From the NCBI GenBank assembly GCA_026025795.1, contig JAPEUG010000106.1, positions 1 through 45,027 on the forward strand: a DNA stretch of 45,027 nucleotides, in the 5' to 3' direction. This stretch comes from Thelocarpon superellum. Its lineage: Eukaryota. This document shows, piece by piece, positions 1 through 12,472 of the stretch. Within the stretch, counting starts at the first letter, position 1, and each line of letters starts with the position of its first letter. The translations under genes and the position numbers were made by a program. The notes beneath the pieces were generated by a model. The model had not been told where the DNA came from, made no database searches, and saw only the letters and a list, made by a program, of their open reading frames with translations.

Positions 1-118
1 TGGGGCTGGGCGGGCACGATTGGGGGGCCTTTCCACATGTACAGGCCTTTTCTGCAAGGTGTCGATGATGGCGTTTTGGCGTCCCCTGAGATACCTTGCT
101 TGATTCTCCTTGACTGAA

Positions 119-230
119 GTGAGTGAGTGTGTGAGTGAGGGTGTGAGTGAGTGTGTGAGTGAGTGTGTGAGTGAGGGTGTGAGTGAGTGTGTGAGTGAGT
201 GTGTGAGTGAGCGTGTGCGTAAGTGAGTGA
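119..230. repeat. Compound microsatellite, about 9 copies of a 12-mer GTGAGTGAG(T/G)GT
   Basis: Tandem GTGAGTGAGTGT / GTGAGTGAGGGT units are directly visible. Confidence 0.95.
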
Positions 231-630
231 AGGGAATGGGACGATGGCGAGACGCGCAGCATGCGGGAGAGGCAGGGGGAGAGTGTTTGTGCGGTCTATA
301 GTGGATTCCAGGGTTTTCATCAAAATCAAGTTGACTGTTCATCCATGTGCAACGTGAAATAGTCCCTCTGTAAACATGACGAGGCGATCAGATCCTCAGA
401 AGCCATGACGATCGATGGTCCCCTTCACCTCCGTACGTCCATCCGACCCGACTGTGACGTTGGGTGACTTCCCCGGCCGCCAGGCGAAGGTGCAGGCCCT
501 CCCGAAATTTCCCCCACCACGCTCCATCCAAAATTCCGCACGCCGCAAAACGATCGACCAACACCAAGGTTGACGCGGAGGAAGGCCTCACCCGGACTGC
601 AGACGACCTCACAGATCACTCGGCGCCATC

Positions 631-1715
631 ATGTCGCTCACCAACTGCCGCTTCTACGAGGAGAAGTTCCCGGAGGTGGAGAGCTTCGTCATGGTCAACG
701 TGAAGCAGGTAGGAGTCATCCTGCTAAGCCCATGCACCATGCCCCACTGACCACCACGTGCCTCCCCAGATCGCCGAGATGGGCGCATACGTGAAGCTGA
801 TGGAGTACGACAACATCGACGGCATGATCCTGCTCAGCGAACTGTCCCGACGTCGGATACGAAGTATTCAGAAGCTCATCCGCGTCGGACGCAATGAGGT
901 CGTGGTCGTCTTGCGTGTGGACAAGGAAAAGGGTACGCGCCGCGGCTCGGTGGCCAGGGCGCGACGCTGACGGAGCAGGCTACATTGATCTGTCCAAGCG
1001 ACGGGTGTCGCCGGAAGATATCGTCAAGTGCGAGGAGCGGTACAACAAGAGCAAGATGGTCCACTCCATCCTGCGACACGTGGCCGAGAAGACCAAGATC
1101 CCGATCGAGGAGCTCTACCAGAGCATCGGCTGGCCCCTGAACCGGAAGTACGGGCATGCGGTCGATGCCTTCAAACTCTCCATCACGTCGGTGCCTCTTC
1201 CGTTCGCTCGAGGGACTCGCTGACGGGAGGATAGCAATCCCGAGGTCTGGAAGGAGGTGGCCTTTCCCAACGAGATCGTCCGCAACGAGCTCATGTCCTA
1301 CATTGGCAAACGACTCACGCCACAGCCGACCAAGGTTCGGGCGGACGTGGAGGTGACGTGCTTTGGCTACGAGGGCATTGACGCCGTCAAGACGGCCCTG
1401 CGTGCGGGCGAGGCCCACAACACGGCCGACGCCCAGGTCAAGGTCAAGCTGGTGTCGCCGCCGCTCTACGTCTTGACCAGCCAGTGCCTGGAGAAGAACA
1501 CGGGCATCACCATCTTGGAGCATGCCATCAAGGAGATTGACGGCAACATCCGCGGCGCCGGGGGGTCGTGTGTGGTCAAGATGGCGCCCAAGGCCGTGAC
1601 GGAGAATGACGATGCCGAGTTACAGGCGCTGATGGAGAAGCGCGAGCGCGAGAACCAAGAGGTCAGTGGGGACGAGAGTATGAGTGAGAGTGATGAGGGG
1701 GTGGTGGGGGCGTAG
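631..1715 (+). CDS. SUI2: Translation initiation factor eIF2 alpha subunit (4 exons)
   Basis: Spliced translation [90 protein letters not shown] contains the Ser51 motif [13 protein letters not shown] introns at 709-769, 933-978 and 1187-1234; stop TAG at 1713-1715. Confidence 0.97.
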
Positions 1716-2008
1716 GGCAGGCAGATCAGTAGGATAGGTGACCCGCCGCGGGCAGTTGTAACGCATATGAGCTGTAGAGGCCCGACACGGCCGCATACCC
1801 CCGCACGGGGAGAGGTGAAGGGTGAAGAGAGCAGCCAAGCGGCGGCATCTCTTAGCGGGGCAGCTCATTGGTGCAATCGGTGTGTCCCACTTCCAAGCTT
1901 CCCAGCATCCAGCATCCAGCTCCCAGCTCCCAGAGCCCCTCCCGCTCACGCCCTCGCCATGACTTCACCTTGACCTCTCAGCGTTCCTCTTGCTACTCAA
2001 TTCGCATC

Positions 2009-4474
2009 ATGGTTCGCTGGGATCGTCTGTTCAACTTGACTGGCCAGCGTGATGGCTACCATTATCATGACGAGATCCGCCACTGTAGGACCGACCCTCG
2101 TCCGAACTTGAACCCGCCGCCAGCTGACCCACGCAGTACTGCCTAGCCATGGAGGCGACGTCCACCCCTCCACCATCCCCCCCAAAGAAGTCACCAAGGT
2201 CGCCTTGCGTCTGAAGTTCCTCATCGAAGAGATCATTCCCTGCGAGCTCGAGGCGTGGAAGGTCACCAAGGCCAATAGTCCCGTCTTGACCCACCAGGTC
2301 CAATTGGCGGCCAAGGAAGCCGGCGGGGACAAATATCGTGGATGTGTGGTCTATTGTCTGTTGGTATGCAAGCGATGGTTCAAACGGCAAGCCGTGTAGG
2401 TTATGGACGCTCGGGAGACACGGTCGGTGGACGATCTGACGTGCCACAGCTTGGAGCTCTGGGATGCGGAGATGCATCAGGTCCGGGCGACGGCGTGTGA
2501 GGTCTTGGCCAAACTTCTGTAGGTGAAGACATTGACCGGGTGCTGTACCCTGCTCACGATGATAGGATCGAGTCGGAAGCCAACCAAGACTATTTGCTCC
2601 AAGAGCTCCTACTCCGGCGATACTCCATCCTACGCAATGGGGAAGAGACGGTGCCGGCCAACGCCCTGGAAAGAGCGGTTGACCTCCACGCGCTCCGAGT
2701 CATTGGCTCCTCGGGATATCAGAAATGCATTGCCTATCTCTGGCGTGGCTGGCTCATCCAGGACGACGAAGATGCGGCGCAGTTCGTGGAGTACCAGCAC
2801 AAAGACCAGACAGACTATTGGGTGCACTTTCATCCGGCACGACTCCGCGCCCCGGTGTATCAGAATGCGGTGCAGATCTTCTTCTCCATACTCTATCTCG
2901 TCCTGTACTCGCAGGTGATCAACACGATCAACGTGACCGGGGACATTGACAGCGTCGAGGTGATCCTGTATATCTTCACCTTGGGCTTCACGTGTGACGA
3001 GGTGTCCAAGGTGTGGAAGGTCGGTCGGTACTATGTGGGATTTTGGAATGTGTTCAACTGCACCCTCTACGTCCTGCTGGCCGTCTCGTTTATCGCGCGG
3101 ATGATTGCCCTCAGCACGCCCATGTCAGAGGATCCGGAATCCCGCCACCGCTTCAACGAGCTGGGCTACAACTTCCTGGCCTTCAGCGCGCCCATGTTCT
3201 GGCTCCGTCTCCTGCTCTATCTCGACTCGTTCCGCTTCTTCGGGGCCATGTTGGTGGTGATGAAGGTGATGATGCAAGAATCGTTGATCTTCTTCGCCTT
3301 GCTCCTCGTGGTCATGCTCGGCTTTCTGCAGGCCTTTGTCGGCATGGACAACATCGACTCCAATGCGGAAGCGACCCTGTTCATCGTGCAAGCCATGTTG
3401 AACAGCGTGATGCAAAGTCCGGATTTCTCTGGATTCGAAAACTTTGCCCCTCCTTTTGGGATCATTCTCTACTACATCTTTACGTTTATCGTCATGGTTG
3501 GTGAGCTACACAATCCCAACCGAGCATGGTAAAGCAATGTGCTAATCTCCACAGTCCTTCTCAATATCCTCGTGGCGTTGTACAACAGTGCGTATGCGGA
3601 TATTACAGATAATGCGACGGACGAATACATGGCGTTGGTACGCATGTGTGAGACTAACCCCCTTCCCCCACCCATACTTACGAAAGCTAGTTTGCCCAAA
3701 AAACAATGCAATTCGTCCGAGCACCAGACGAGAACGTCTTTATCGCGCGTATGTTTCCCCCCTTCCCTCTCTTCCAACAAGCATATATCCGGAGCCAACG
3801 AGGAGTATCCTGAATAATTGAATGCAGCGTTCAACCTTATCGAGATCTTCCTCCTAATCTTGCCATTCGAGTGGTGGATACCATCACGATATTACACGCG
3901 GCTGAACGACGTGACGATGACGGTGATATACGCACCATTACTCGTGATCACATCCGCGCTGGAATCGCGGCAGGCGCGGCAGGTCAAGTGGAACCGGTCG
4001 CGCGGGGAAGCGGACGACGACACGTTGGAGGAGTGGGAGGAGTTGGGGACGGAGGTAGATTTGAATCTTGATTCACATGAACTTCTTCCGCCTCCTCCGT
4101 CGCCGCCTCCTTCGCCTTCTGCTCCATCACCTTCTGCACCTGCAGGCACGACGTCGTCGAAGGCAACCCGAGAACGAATCCGAGAGGGGAGAGAGGAAGG
4201 AGAAAGAGGGGGAGAAAGAGGAGGCGGAGGAGGCGGAGGAGGAGAAAGGGAAGGCGGGGCAGAAGAGTGGCAAAAAAAAGTCAAGTCCGTCGCGCCCGAC
4301 GTTACATCCGGCATGGCTGTCCAAGAGGTGCGGAAACTCGCGGAGGAGGTGGGCGAACTGAAGGCGCACTTGGGCCGGATTCAGTCGCTGTTGGAGCAGC
4401 AGCGGCGCGGGGATACTCATGCGTCTACGGCTACGGCTGCGGCTGCGGCTCCGGCTGCGAATCCGGACGATTGA
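2009..4474 (+). CDS. YVC1: Vacuolar TRP-family calcium channel (Yvc1/TRPY1-like), 7 exons
   Basis: Peptides VTKVALRLKFLIEEIIPCELE, ANALERAVDLHALRVIGSSGYQKCI, LRAPVYQN, several TM helices, LLNILVALYNSAYADITDNATDEYMAL|FAQKTMQFVRAPDENVFIAP. Introns at about 2085-2136, 2396-2449, 2519-2565, 3501-3553, 3638-3689 and 3749-3827. Confidence 0.93.
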
Positions 4475-4675
4475 GTCTAGTGAATCTGTTCGTACTTTCT
4501 ACATACCTATGCCTGCCTATACATATAGAGAACAAGAAAAAGTACACTTGGGTTGAAGTGATTCGTCGTCAATGAAAGCGAGAAAGGATGAGAAGTAGAC
4601 AGGTCGACGGGAATTAATCGACCTCCCTCGCCGCCCCTCCCCCACTTCTTCCTCTTCTTCCTCCACTCGCTTCCC

Positions 4676-7600
4676 TCACTCGTTCTTCAAGCCCCATCGC
4701 GCCATCATAGCCTCCGTTGCCTTCCGGGCCCTCTCTTCCTTCTCGATCCTCAATTTGTCGGCTTTCTCCTCCTTCTCTTTATCCTCGATGGCCTTCTCGC
4801 GTGCCGTGCGTTCGCGCTCGCGCTCGAGTTGGTCGGGTCGCCGGAGGGCAATCTCCTTGGGTCTGTAGTCGGAGAAAGCGTACTTGAGCCCCGTCTCGAT
4901 GATCCAGCACGCGGCGTAGTCGAGGATCATCACGGTGGTCATGGTTACTTTGAACGCCGCCGTGAAGGGCACAAGGCGTAACTTCTCGTTCAACTCCGGG
5001 ATGAATTCCGTCGAGCAGGAAAAGGCCACGCCCGAGACGAGGATCAGGCCCCAGAACATCCCCCGGTTCTCTCGGATCGATTCCCGGAAAGGGCGCCCTT
5101 GGTAGTTGATCGCGAACGTGCTGATTTGCTGGATCAGTTGGAGTAGGTACACGGCGCTGTTGAGCAGGGATGGCTCGAATTCGCCTTCGAGATCGACGTC
5201 GTCGCTGCGTCTGGGAGTCCATCAATGGTTGCGCCTGACAGGGGAGGACGATTCATAGACACGTACGGCTCAATCTGCTGCACGTAGCGCGACACATAGA
5301 TCAACGTCACAATGTGCACTGCGAATTGTCCCAGGACCGATCCGATGATGTATGGATTGAAGATGTTGGATTGAGGTCGTTCCTTGGAGAGTTGCTCCAC
5401 CGGCTGCTTCCGTCAGCAGAGTCTCCCTTAGGAGTGCACGTACTGACCTTGGCCCGCGAGATGGATAAGAAACACACGCTCATCAACATCCCACTGATCG
5501 TCACCTGTCCATCCCCAAACTTGATGCCCTCCAGGTACAACACACTCAGACTGTACGCGCTGATTAGGCAATTCAAAGCCAGGATCTTATACATTTGAAT
5601 CGTCGCCACCAGCGTGCATCGCCCTTGGCGGATGATGTTCGGAATCGCCACGACGTTGGCCAATTTGCTGGTGAAGGGCGCCGCCACGGAGGCATCACCC
5701 AGTTTGATCGTTGGGGGCTCGCTGTCATCCAACTCGCTCTCCAGCATCGACGCCGTGAATTTGTCTGCTATTCCCGCTGCCGCTTGTTGTGCCTTCTCTT
5801 GCCGCTGTTGTTGCGGGGTCGTGGAGTTCTGGGCCTGTTGCAGCGCCTTGGCTCCCGGCGTCGTAATCGTCTCGATCCCGTTCGCCTGATCCGTGGTCGT
5901 AACCGCCGTCGCGGCCGCCCCCTTTCGCTCCGCCTCGCGCTGCATGGCGGCCTCATGGTGAGGGTTCTTCGGCCCCGGCGGGTAAAGATGGGCAATCTGC
6001 GCGGGCACCGGCGGAGGCGGCTGGTTAAAGCGTTTCATGAGACTGATCTGCTGCTCGTACATCTCCTTCATCTTCGTCATCCGGAAGTGGTTCGAGATCT
6101 TGGTGAGGTCCTCCTGGGTGCCATTGAGAAGGGCGACGCCAATGTGTGCCTGCTTGAGCGCCCCCACGTCATTGGTACCGTCACCACACATGAGCGTCGT
6201 GTAGCCTGCGTCCTTCAGGCCGGTCAAGAGATCCTCCTTTTGCTTCGGCGACACACGCGCGTAGACCCACGCGTGTCGGAGGATCTGTGCCAGACCTGGC
6301 TGGCTCTGGAACTTGGCCAGCGCATAGCCTGTCACGCACAGGTCGTTCTTCGCGATGATCTCGGCATCTAGCGGCACCTGCGGATCAACAGGGATCTGTA
6401 CTAGGTCGTCGATGCTGCGCCACACCAGCTTCGTCCCCGACGTGTCATGCTCTGGCGCGTCAAGGATCAGGACGTCGCGGTCGACAATCTCCACCTTACG
6501 TGCGACATGCACCGCCGTCAGCGGGTTGTCCCCCGTGATCATCACCACTCGATGGCTGCTCTCGTTCAGCATCCGCACCGCCTTCTTGGCATCGTCCTTC
6601 AACGGGCATTGGAGGACCAAGAAGCCCGCAAACGTCAGCTGGCTCTCGACCTCCTCTCGCTTCAGGTTGTTGATACGGTTTTGGCCCAGCTCCGCCTCCG
6701 TCGCCAGGTATTTGTAGCCCAAGGCCAACACACGCGACCCTTTCCGGGTGAAATCCTTGTACGTCTCCTCGTAACCCGGCGGGGTCGACACCAACATGGC
6801 TCGGATCGTCTCGGGCGCGCCCTTGACGCCGGCAAAGGTGGTCTTGGTTCGCTTGGACGTCTGCGGATTGGTGGCGGTGATGGATGCCACCGCGCTCTGT
6901 CGTTTGAGGGCTGACGAGAACTGGAACCGGCGCTTGATCTGGACGGTGTGGGCGTGATTCTTGCTGGTCAAAGTGTCATTGCGACCCAGTGTCCAGCCCA
7001 ACGAAGTCAACGTGGCCTTCTCCATCGGGTCGCCCACCACCTCCCCCTCGTCGAGTTTGACCAGAGCGTGAGCGGTGGCGAGCACGAGCACCGTCGCCTG
7101 GTCGGCGTCCCGGACGAGGGTGAGGTGATTGTGCGCCCCGTCCTTCCCTGCGGCAGCCAAATCGAGCCCAGCGATCCCCTCAACGACCAGATCCTCCCCA
7201 GTCAGCGTCCCGGTCTTGTCGAAACAGGCAATGTCGACCCGGCCGGCAAAGGGGATGCGGAAGGGTTCGGTGCAATAGATGGCATATCGACTGAGCGCGG
7301 CGAGACTGGTGTTCACTGCCAGACTCAACTCCATCGGCAGTTCAGGCGGGACGACGCTGGTGATGATCAAGACGCAGTCCAGCAAGAGCTTCGACCGTTT
7401 CCGATCCTTGGCCACGCCCTCTTGCCACACGTACCACGACGCGGCGATGGCGAAGATCAGGAGGAACAGAATGAAGAGGAGCGCCTCAAAGTTGTTGGCC
7501 GACACACGCTCCGTTGAGTAGATCATGGTCCGCACCAGGCTCCCCTGGCTCGTCTCGAAGCCAGTTCTGGTGACGATGGCCAGGGCACCGTTATCCGGAG

Positions 7601-8843
7601 GCGCTGTCACGCCGGACGGGTGCACGGGAGCGTCATCTTGGCCATCCTCGCCGGTCGGGGCGTGCGTAACCTGGAGAACTTTGGTACCGCCGTAGACAAA
7701 GGCATTCTTGTCCAGCCCCTCGGGCTCAATGACCGCGCTGGCCGGACGGAGCTGGACCGAGTCCTTCAACAGTGGCGTGCTCTCGCCAGACAGCATGGCT
7801 TCATTGACAATGGCCGTTCCTTCCACCAATAGCATGTCACAGGCCACCCCACTGTCTTCTTTGGTGCGTCCAAGCGAGACCAAGTCCCCGGGTAGGAGTT
7901 TGTCACTCTGAATCTCCTGCCAGCGACCGGATCGATGGACCCAGATGGCATAGGGCTTGATGCTCATGCCGCGAAATTCATTGAGGGTCCGCTGTCGCTG
8001 CCACACGACGGTACTCTCAAATGCAACTAGCATGAACAGTGTAAACAGCGAATAGTACCAGTATTCGTCTAACAGCCACAACCCGACGCAGAAGATCTGG
8101 AAGACGAAGAAGGGGGCAACGGCGTGCTCCTTGAAGAGCTCGGTGAAGGTGGGCACGGGGATGTCAAAGGTATTGTCGCCGAAATGCTGCTGCTGCCGCT
8201 GAACCTCCTTCGCCGTCTCGAGCCCGCGCGAGGTCTGAAAGGTGGCGAGACTGGGCTTCGGTGTAGCATCAAGAGGGTATGCTAGAGGCGCAAAGGTGTT
8301 GTGCTCGGGGACGTAGAGAAAGCGGCGCTTCTGGAAGAGAAATGAGGTATTTTGCTTGCCTCCAACCTGCCATCTTTAGTCGCGCTCTACGCCTTGCATG
8401 GTACTATCACCCTACCTGTTCACGGATGAGGGGGCAAATCTCGGCGGCACCGGCGTTGGCCACAGGTACGATGCGGATGAGCTTGGCGCTCGCCACATCT
8501 CGCGCGCGCACCAAGGTGAAGAGGGACTTGAGCCCGACATGCCAATGGGTGCTCAGCCAGGCCAGGGATTGCAGAGTAACGATGGCCCCGGTCCAGACAA
8601 AGGTCCATTCGGACGACTGGATGTGCTGGTCGTAGCGCTCGGGGGACAGATAGACGGCCAGGAAGGCGGGCCAGAGGAAGAGAAACGGCCAGACGTAGGT
8701 ATGCAGGTAGAGCGGGAGGGGATTATGCAGCGTCGCCGATCGGATCTGCGGGTTATCGACTAAGGATGGCCTGATGAAGCGTCAGTTCCGGTGAAGAACG
8801 ATGATGGAGAACAGATGGGATAGGACGCAGCGTTTACTTACAT
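4676..8843 (-). CDS. SPF1: ER P5A-type ATPase / transmembrane helix dislocase (Spf1/ATP13A1), 5 coding exons
   Basis: Motifs PPELPMEL, DKTGTLT, LSGES, TGDN and MCGDGTNDVGALKQA; N-terminus MPSLVDNPQIRSATLHNPLPLYLHTYVWPF. Introns at 8771-8841 (splits the ATG), about 8367-8415, 5404-5447 and about 5211-5266. Confidence 0.96.
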
Positions 8844-9728
8844 GATGGAAAGACGTGAATATGCGATCGAAACACGCTGCGAAGGAAAAAAGACGAGAGC
8901 GGATGCCAAGACACGCAACGATCATGTGCGTCTCATCTTCTCAAGGCAGGGGCGCTTGTTGTTGGATCGAGGTGGAGCTCAGGAACCTATGGGGGACTCC
9001 TGGCTCAAGATACTTGACATGTTGCCATCATCGCTACGGTCGAGCACAGGGACGCGGGTGCCGTTGACGTTCGACGCTGGTACGTGGAGCTGAAGAGTTG
9101 TGCGCACGTGACTAAAGCCACACAATTCCGCTTAGTCATTATCAGTGCGCTGGAAGGGCCGAACGTACTTTGTAGATGACAAGGTCGTGAATCTCGATGA
9201 CCTTCCAGGAGGCCCATCACCAGTTTGAGGAGAGGTAAGTTGGAAAGTGATGAATCTGGCCTCTGCCTACCAAAAAAATCATCTATAGAGTGAAGTATGC
9301 CAATAAGGCAGAGAGGCAGCATAAGGACATGCCCATTTCCAGCCCAACTCATCCGGAACTGAGGCGCTTGCCGTTGGATCAAGCGAGAATCAGGAAGACA
9401 CGGAGGACCCTGACTCCGAGATGCTTGGCTTCTAGCGAACGTATGGAGGACTCCTGCCTGTAACACGTACGCGGCTGTTCGCCTCGCGGTGATAACTCTC
9501 CTGTACCGACATACGATGTTACTTGTATTGCCCGTGGAAGAGTCTTTGGACTTGTCTTGCCTTTGAAAGCGTCTTTGGACTTCTGTACGGCTACCAACGC
9601 ATCATGAATCTAGGGAGAGATGACTGAGATCACAACGGACATGGATCAGGGCAGAGGAGGGTGACCAGGAAAGGGTCCATAATACAGGTTGTGAGGGGAA
9701 GGAGCAGTGTCGGGAAGAGCCCAGGAGA

Positions 9729-11280
9729 CTACAGCATCAACTCCACCGGATTTTCCACCACCTTTTTGAATTCCCGGATCCACTCGCCGCCAACCGCACC
9801 ATCCACCACCTTGTGATCGAAGCTGCCGGTGACATCGATCTGGTCGTCCCACTCCAGCGACGTGCCGTCCTCGGTCTCGACCGGCACCGCCACCTTCTTG
9901 GTCGTGCCGACGGCCAAGATACCAGCTTGTGGCGGATTGATGACGGCGGTAAAGCGCTCGACCGCAGCATTCATGCCCATGTTGCTGATGGTAAAGGTAC
10001 CGCCCTGGTATTCTTCCGGCTTGAGCTTGCCGTCGCGCGCCCGCTTGCCGAGATCTTTGACTTGTGCGGAGATGCTCTCGAGCCCCAAGCCCTGCACGTT
10101 CTTGACAATGGGCGTCATGAGCCCCACCGGCGTGGCCACGGCAACGCTGACGTCCACCGTGTGATGCTGACGGATCGTACCTTCCTCGCCGCGCCAGCTG
10201 GAATTGACCGCGGGCACCTTGAGACACGCGACGGCGCACGCCTTGACGAGGAAGTCGTTGAGTGAGAGCTTGTATCGGCCGTCGGCCGAGGTGTTCAACG
10301 CTTGTCGAAGCTTCAGCAGTCGTGAGACGGAGACGGTGGACGAGACGAAGTAGTGGGGATTCTGTGTCACGGATTGAACCAGACGGTTGGCAATGGTCTT
10401 GCGCATCGAGGTCGCCGGGGTGTCCTCGTACGCCGGACCCGGCACACCCGACGCAGCGCCAGAGCCACTGCTCGTCTGGTACTTCTCAATGTCCTCGCGT
10501 GTGATGCGTCCATTGGGACCCGTGCCCTTGACGGCCTTGATGGGCACGCCGCGTTCCAAAGCCAGGGCCTTGGCCTGTGGGCTGGCGGCCGGTTCTCGTT
10601 CCAAACTGGTTTGCAGTCGGGCCCCGGTCGACGTGGACTCTTGTGCCGTGCCGCTTGAGCTCGTTGACGATGGCGGTGGGGCTGTGCCGGACCCAGACGA
10701 AGCTGGCTCGGAGGACTGCGACGCTTCTTCCTTGGGAGCCGGCGCAGGGGCTTTCTCGCCACCTGCATCTTCTAGGGTGAAGGCGTCAAAGGGCGCGATA
10801 TCTTCGCCCTCCTCGACCATTACTGCGATAGGCTATCAATGATATCAGGCAAATCTCGTAGACCGCACGGCGGGGAAAAGAACTTACGTTGCCCACGGCC
10901 ACGTCCTTCTCTCCTGCGTCTTTGAGGATCTTGGCCAGTACACCCTCCTCCTGAAACTCAAAGTCCATCTGCGCCTTGTCCGTCTCAATCTCCACTAGGA
11001 CGTCGCCAGGTGCCAGGCTGTCACCAGCCTTCTTCTGCCACGTCCCGATGTTACCGGCCGTCATAGTAGGTGAGAGGGCCGGCATGGTGACGACGGTGTG
11101 TGGCGGGAAGGACTTGGAGGCATAGTATCGGGTAAGGGCAGAGAGGGCCGGTGGTGATCGGGGCCCCGCGAGTGGTCGTCTGTAGAGCACCAGGGTCGAT
11201 GCTCGTGGCGCCATGGGGATGGGCCCGATCGGACGAGCCACCCGGCCTGTGGAGCGGGCGAGCACTCGAGTGCTCGACAT
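9729..11280 (-). CDS. LAT1: Dihydrolipoamide acetyltransferase, E2 of mitochondrial pyruvate dehydrogenase
   Basis: Arg/Ser-rich presequence, lipoyl domain MPALSPTM...[17 protein letters not shown], binding domain [10 protein letters not shown], catalytic [11 protein letters not shown]. One intron at 10833-10887. Confidence 0.97.
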
Positions 11281-12066
11281 GACGACCCAATGTCGTCGGA
11301 CAGCTGCCCCGCTCCCACGATGGATGATGGACAGGTCACTTGGATGTGGGCGACGGACCCCGTGAGCGGGCGCACGGGTGGACGGAACGAGGGACAGTGA
11401 CGATCAATTGAAGTGGTTGGTCGACCGGACTTCTCCCACGAAGCGTTGAGCGAAGGAAGAGGATGAGAATGAGCTTATTCTTGCACTGGACCGGACTAGC
11501 CAAAACTAATAATCTCAACTCGCGTGGGCTGCCACCCGCAACTTGTGCCGGTAACATAGCGGACGGGCAAGCGTTGGGAGAGCTATGTTTGGCGTCTGTC
11601 GCCTCCCGTACTCGACTTCTACTGGCAGCAGTTCTAACGAAGCTCGTGCCTTGCAGTGAACTCCGCGTAAGCCAACCATGCACCACACACCCCGACCGTG
11701 AAGGAATCAAGACAATTATGGGTGTCCGAACCGACCTCGTCCGAGTCTTTCGTTGCGTAGATGCAGAGCCCAGGGTGCCCACAACCCACGGCCCGGAACA
11801 TGATCGTGCAAGTGGATTGGCGTGTTGATCACCCGAAGAATGGTAGTGGCGCCAGGGTCGCCAGATCGTCACGATTCGTGGCTGCGTGTATAATGTCGTA
11901 GTTCCAGGAGATCCACAACGTCCAGTTACTTGCACTTCAAAGAAGGCGGGGTGCTGAGGATCTGATCCTTGATCGCCTCCAGTCTGCCTAATTCGAGATG
12001 AGGTCAGCAGCTGAGACATGGCAGCGCGCACCGTGGCACGTTGGTCCGGTCAATGAATCTGGCGAG

Positions 12067-12119
12067 CTGATTGGTCCTTTAAGGCTGACGTGCCAAATAC
12101 GACACCTCGGGCCAATCAG
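12067..12119. promoter_or_regulatory. Inverted pair of CCAAT boxes in the divergent LAT1/SEC7 intergenic region
   Basis: CTGATTGG (12067-12074) and CCAATCAG (12112-12119) form a perfect 8-bp inverted pair matching the CCAAT-binding complex consensus. Function is inferred only. Confidence 0.45.
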
Positions 12120-12472
12120 ACGTGGTCAAAGCATTTTAGTATTCCCGAGGTGACAGATACCAGAACAAATTACAGTAGTTCCCGGAGGAGAGCAGGCAGA
12201 GGAGACGGGGAGACAAGGTATCAAGGGTCAGCTCGCAGAGCTGCCACTGCTGCCCTCGCTGCCCTCAGCCACGTTGCGGTCCACGGCCTGCCGCCCGCAG
12301 CATTCCCTATCCCTCTTCGGCCAGCTCCTCAGCCCCCGTTCGATCGGGCCCGAGACAGGTGCATCATCCGGCACTTGGTCTGACGCTGTCGATCTTGGCC
12401 CCAGAACGTCTCCGCCACCAATCTTCCTCTCTAAGACCCGGTCGCCTTAGCACCACTCCTGTCACCGCCGAC

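Noticed and set aside
80..120. CTGAGATACC...CTTGAT resembling part of a TPP riboswitch
   Set aside because: It lacks the downstream GATAAT...AGCG...GGA core and pairing, and no thiamine gene is adjacent.
495..525. Minus-strand GGGGGAAATTTCGG resembling the 5' strand of RNase P helix P4
   Set aside because: The match is imperfect and no 3' P4 partner is visible downstream, where the microsatellite lies.
11336..12031. 231-aa minus-strand ORF between LAT1 and SEC7
   Set aside because: It has a non-ATG start, no domain-like content and lies in a divergent promoter region, so it is probably spurious.
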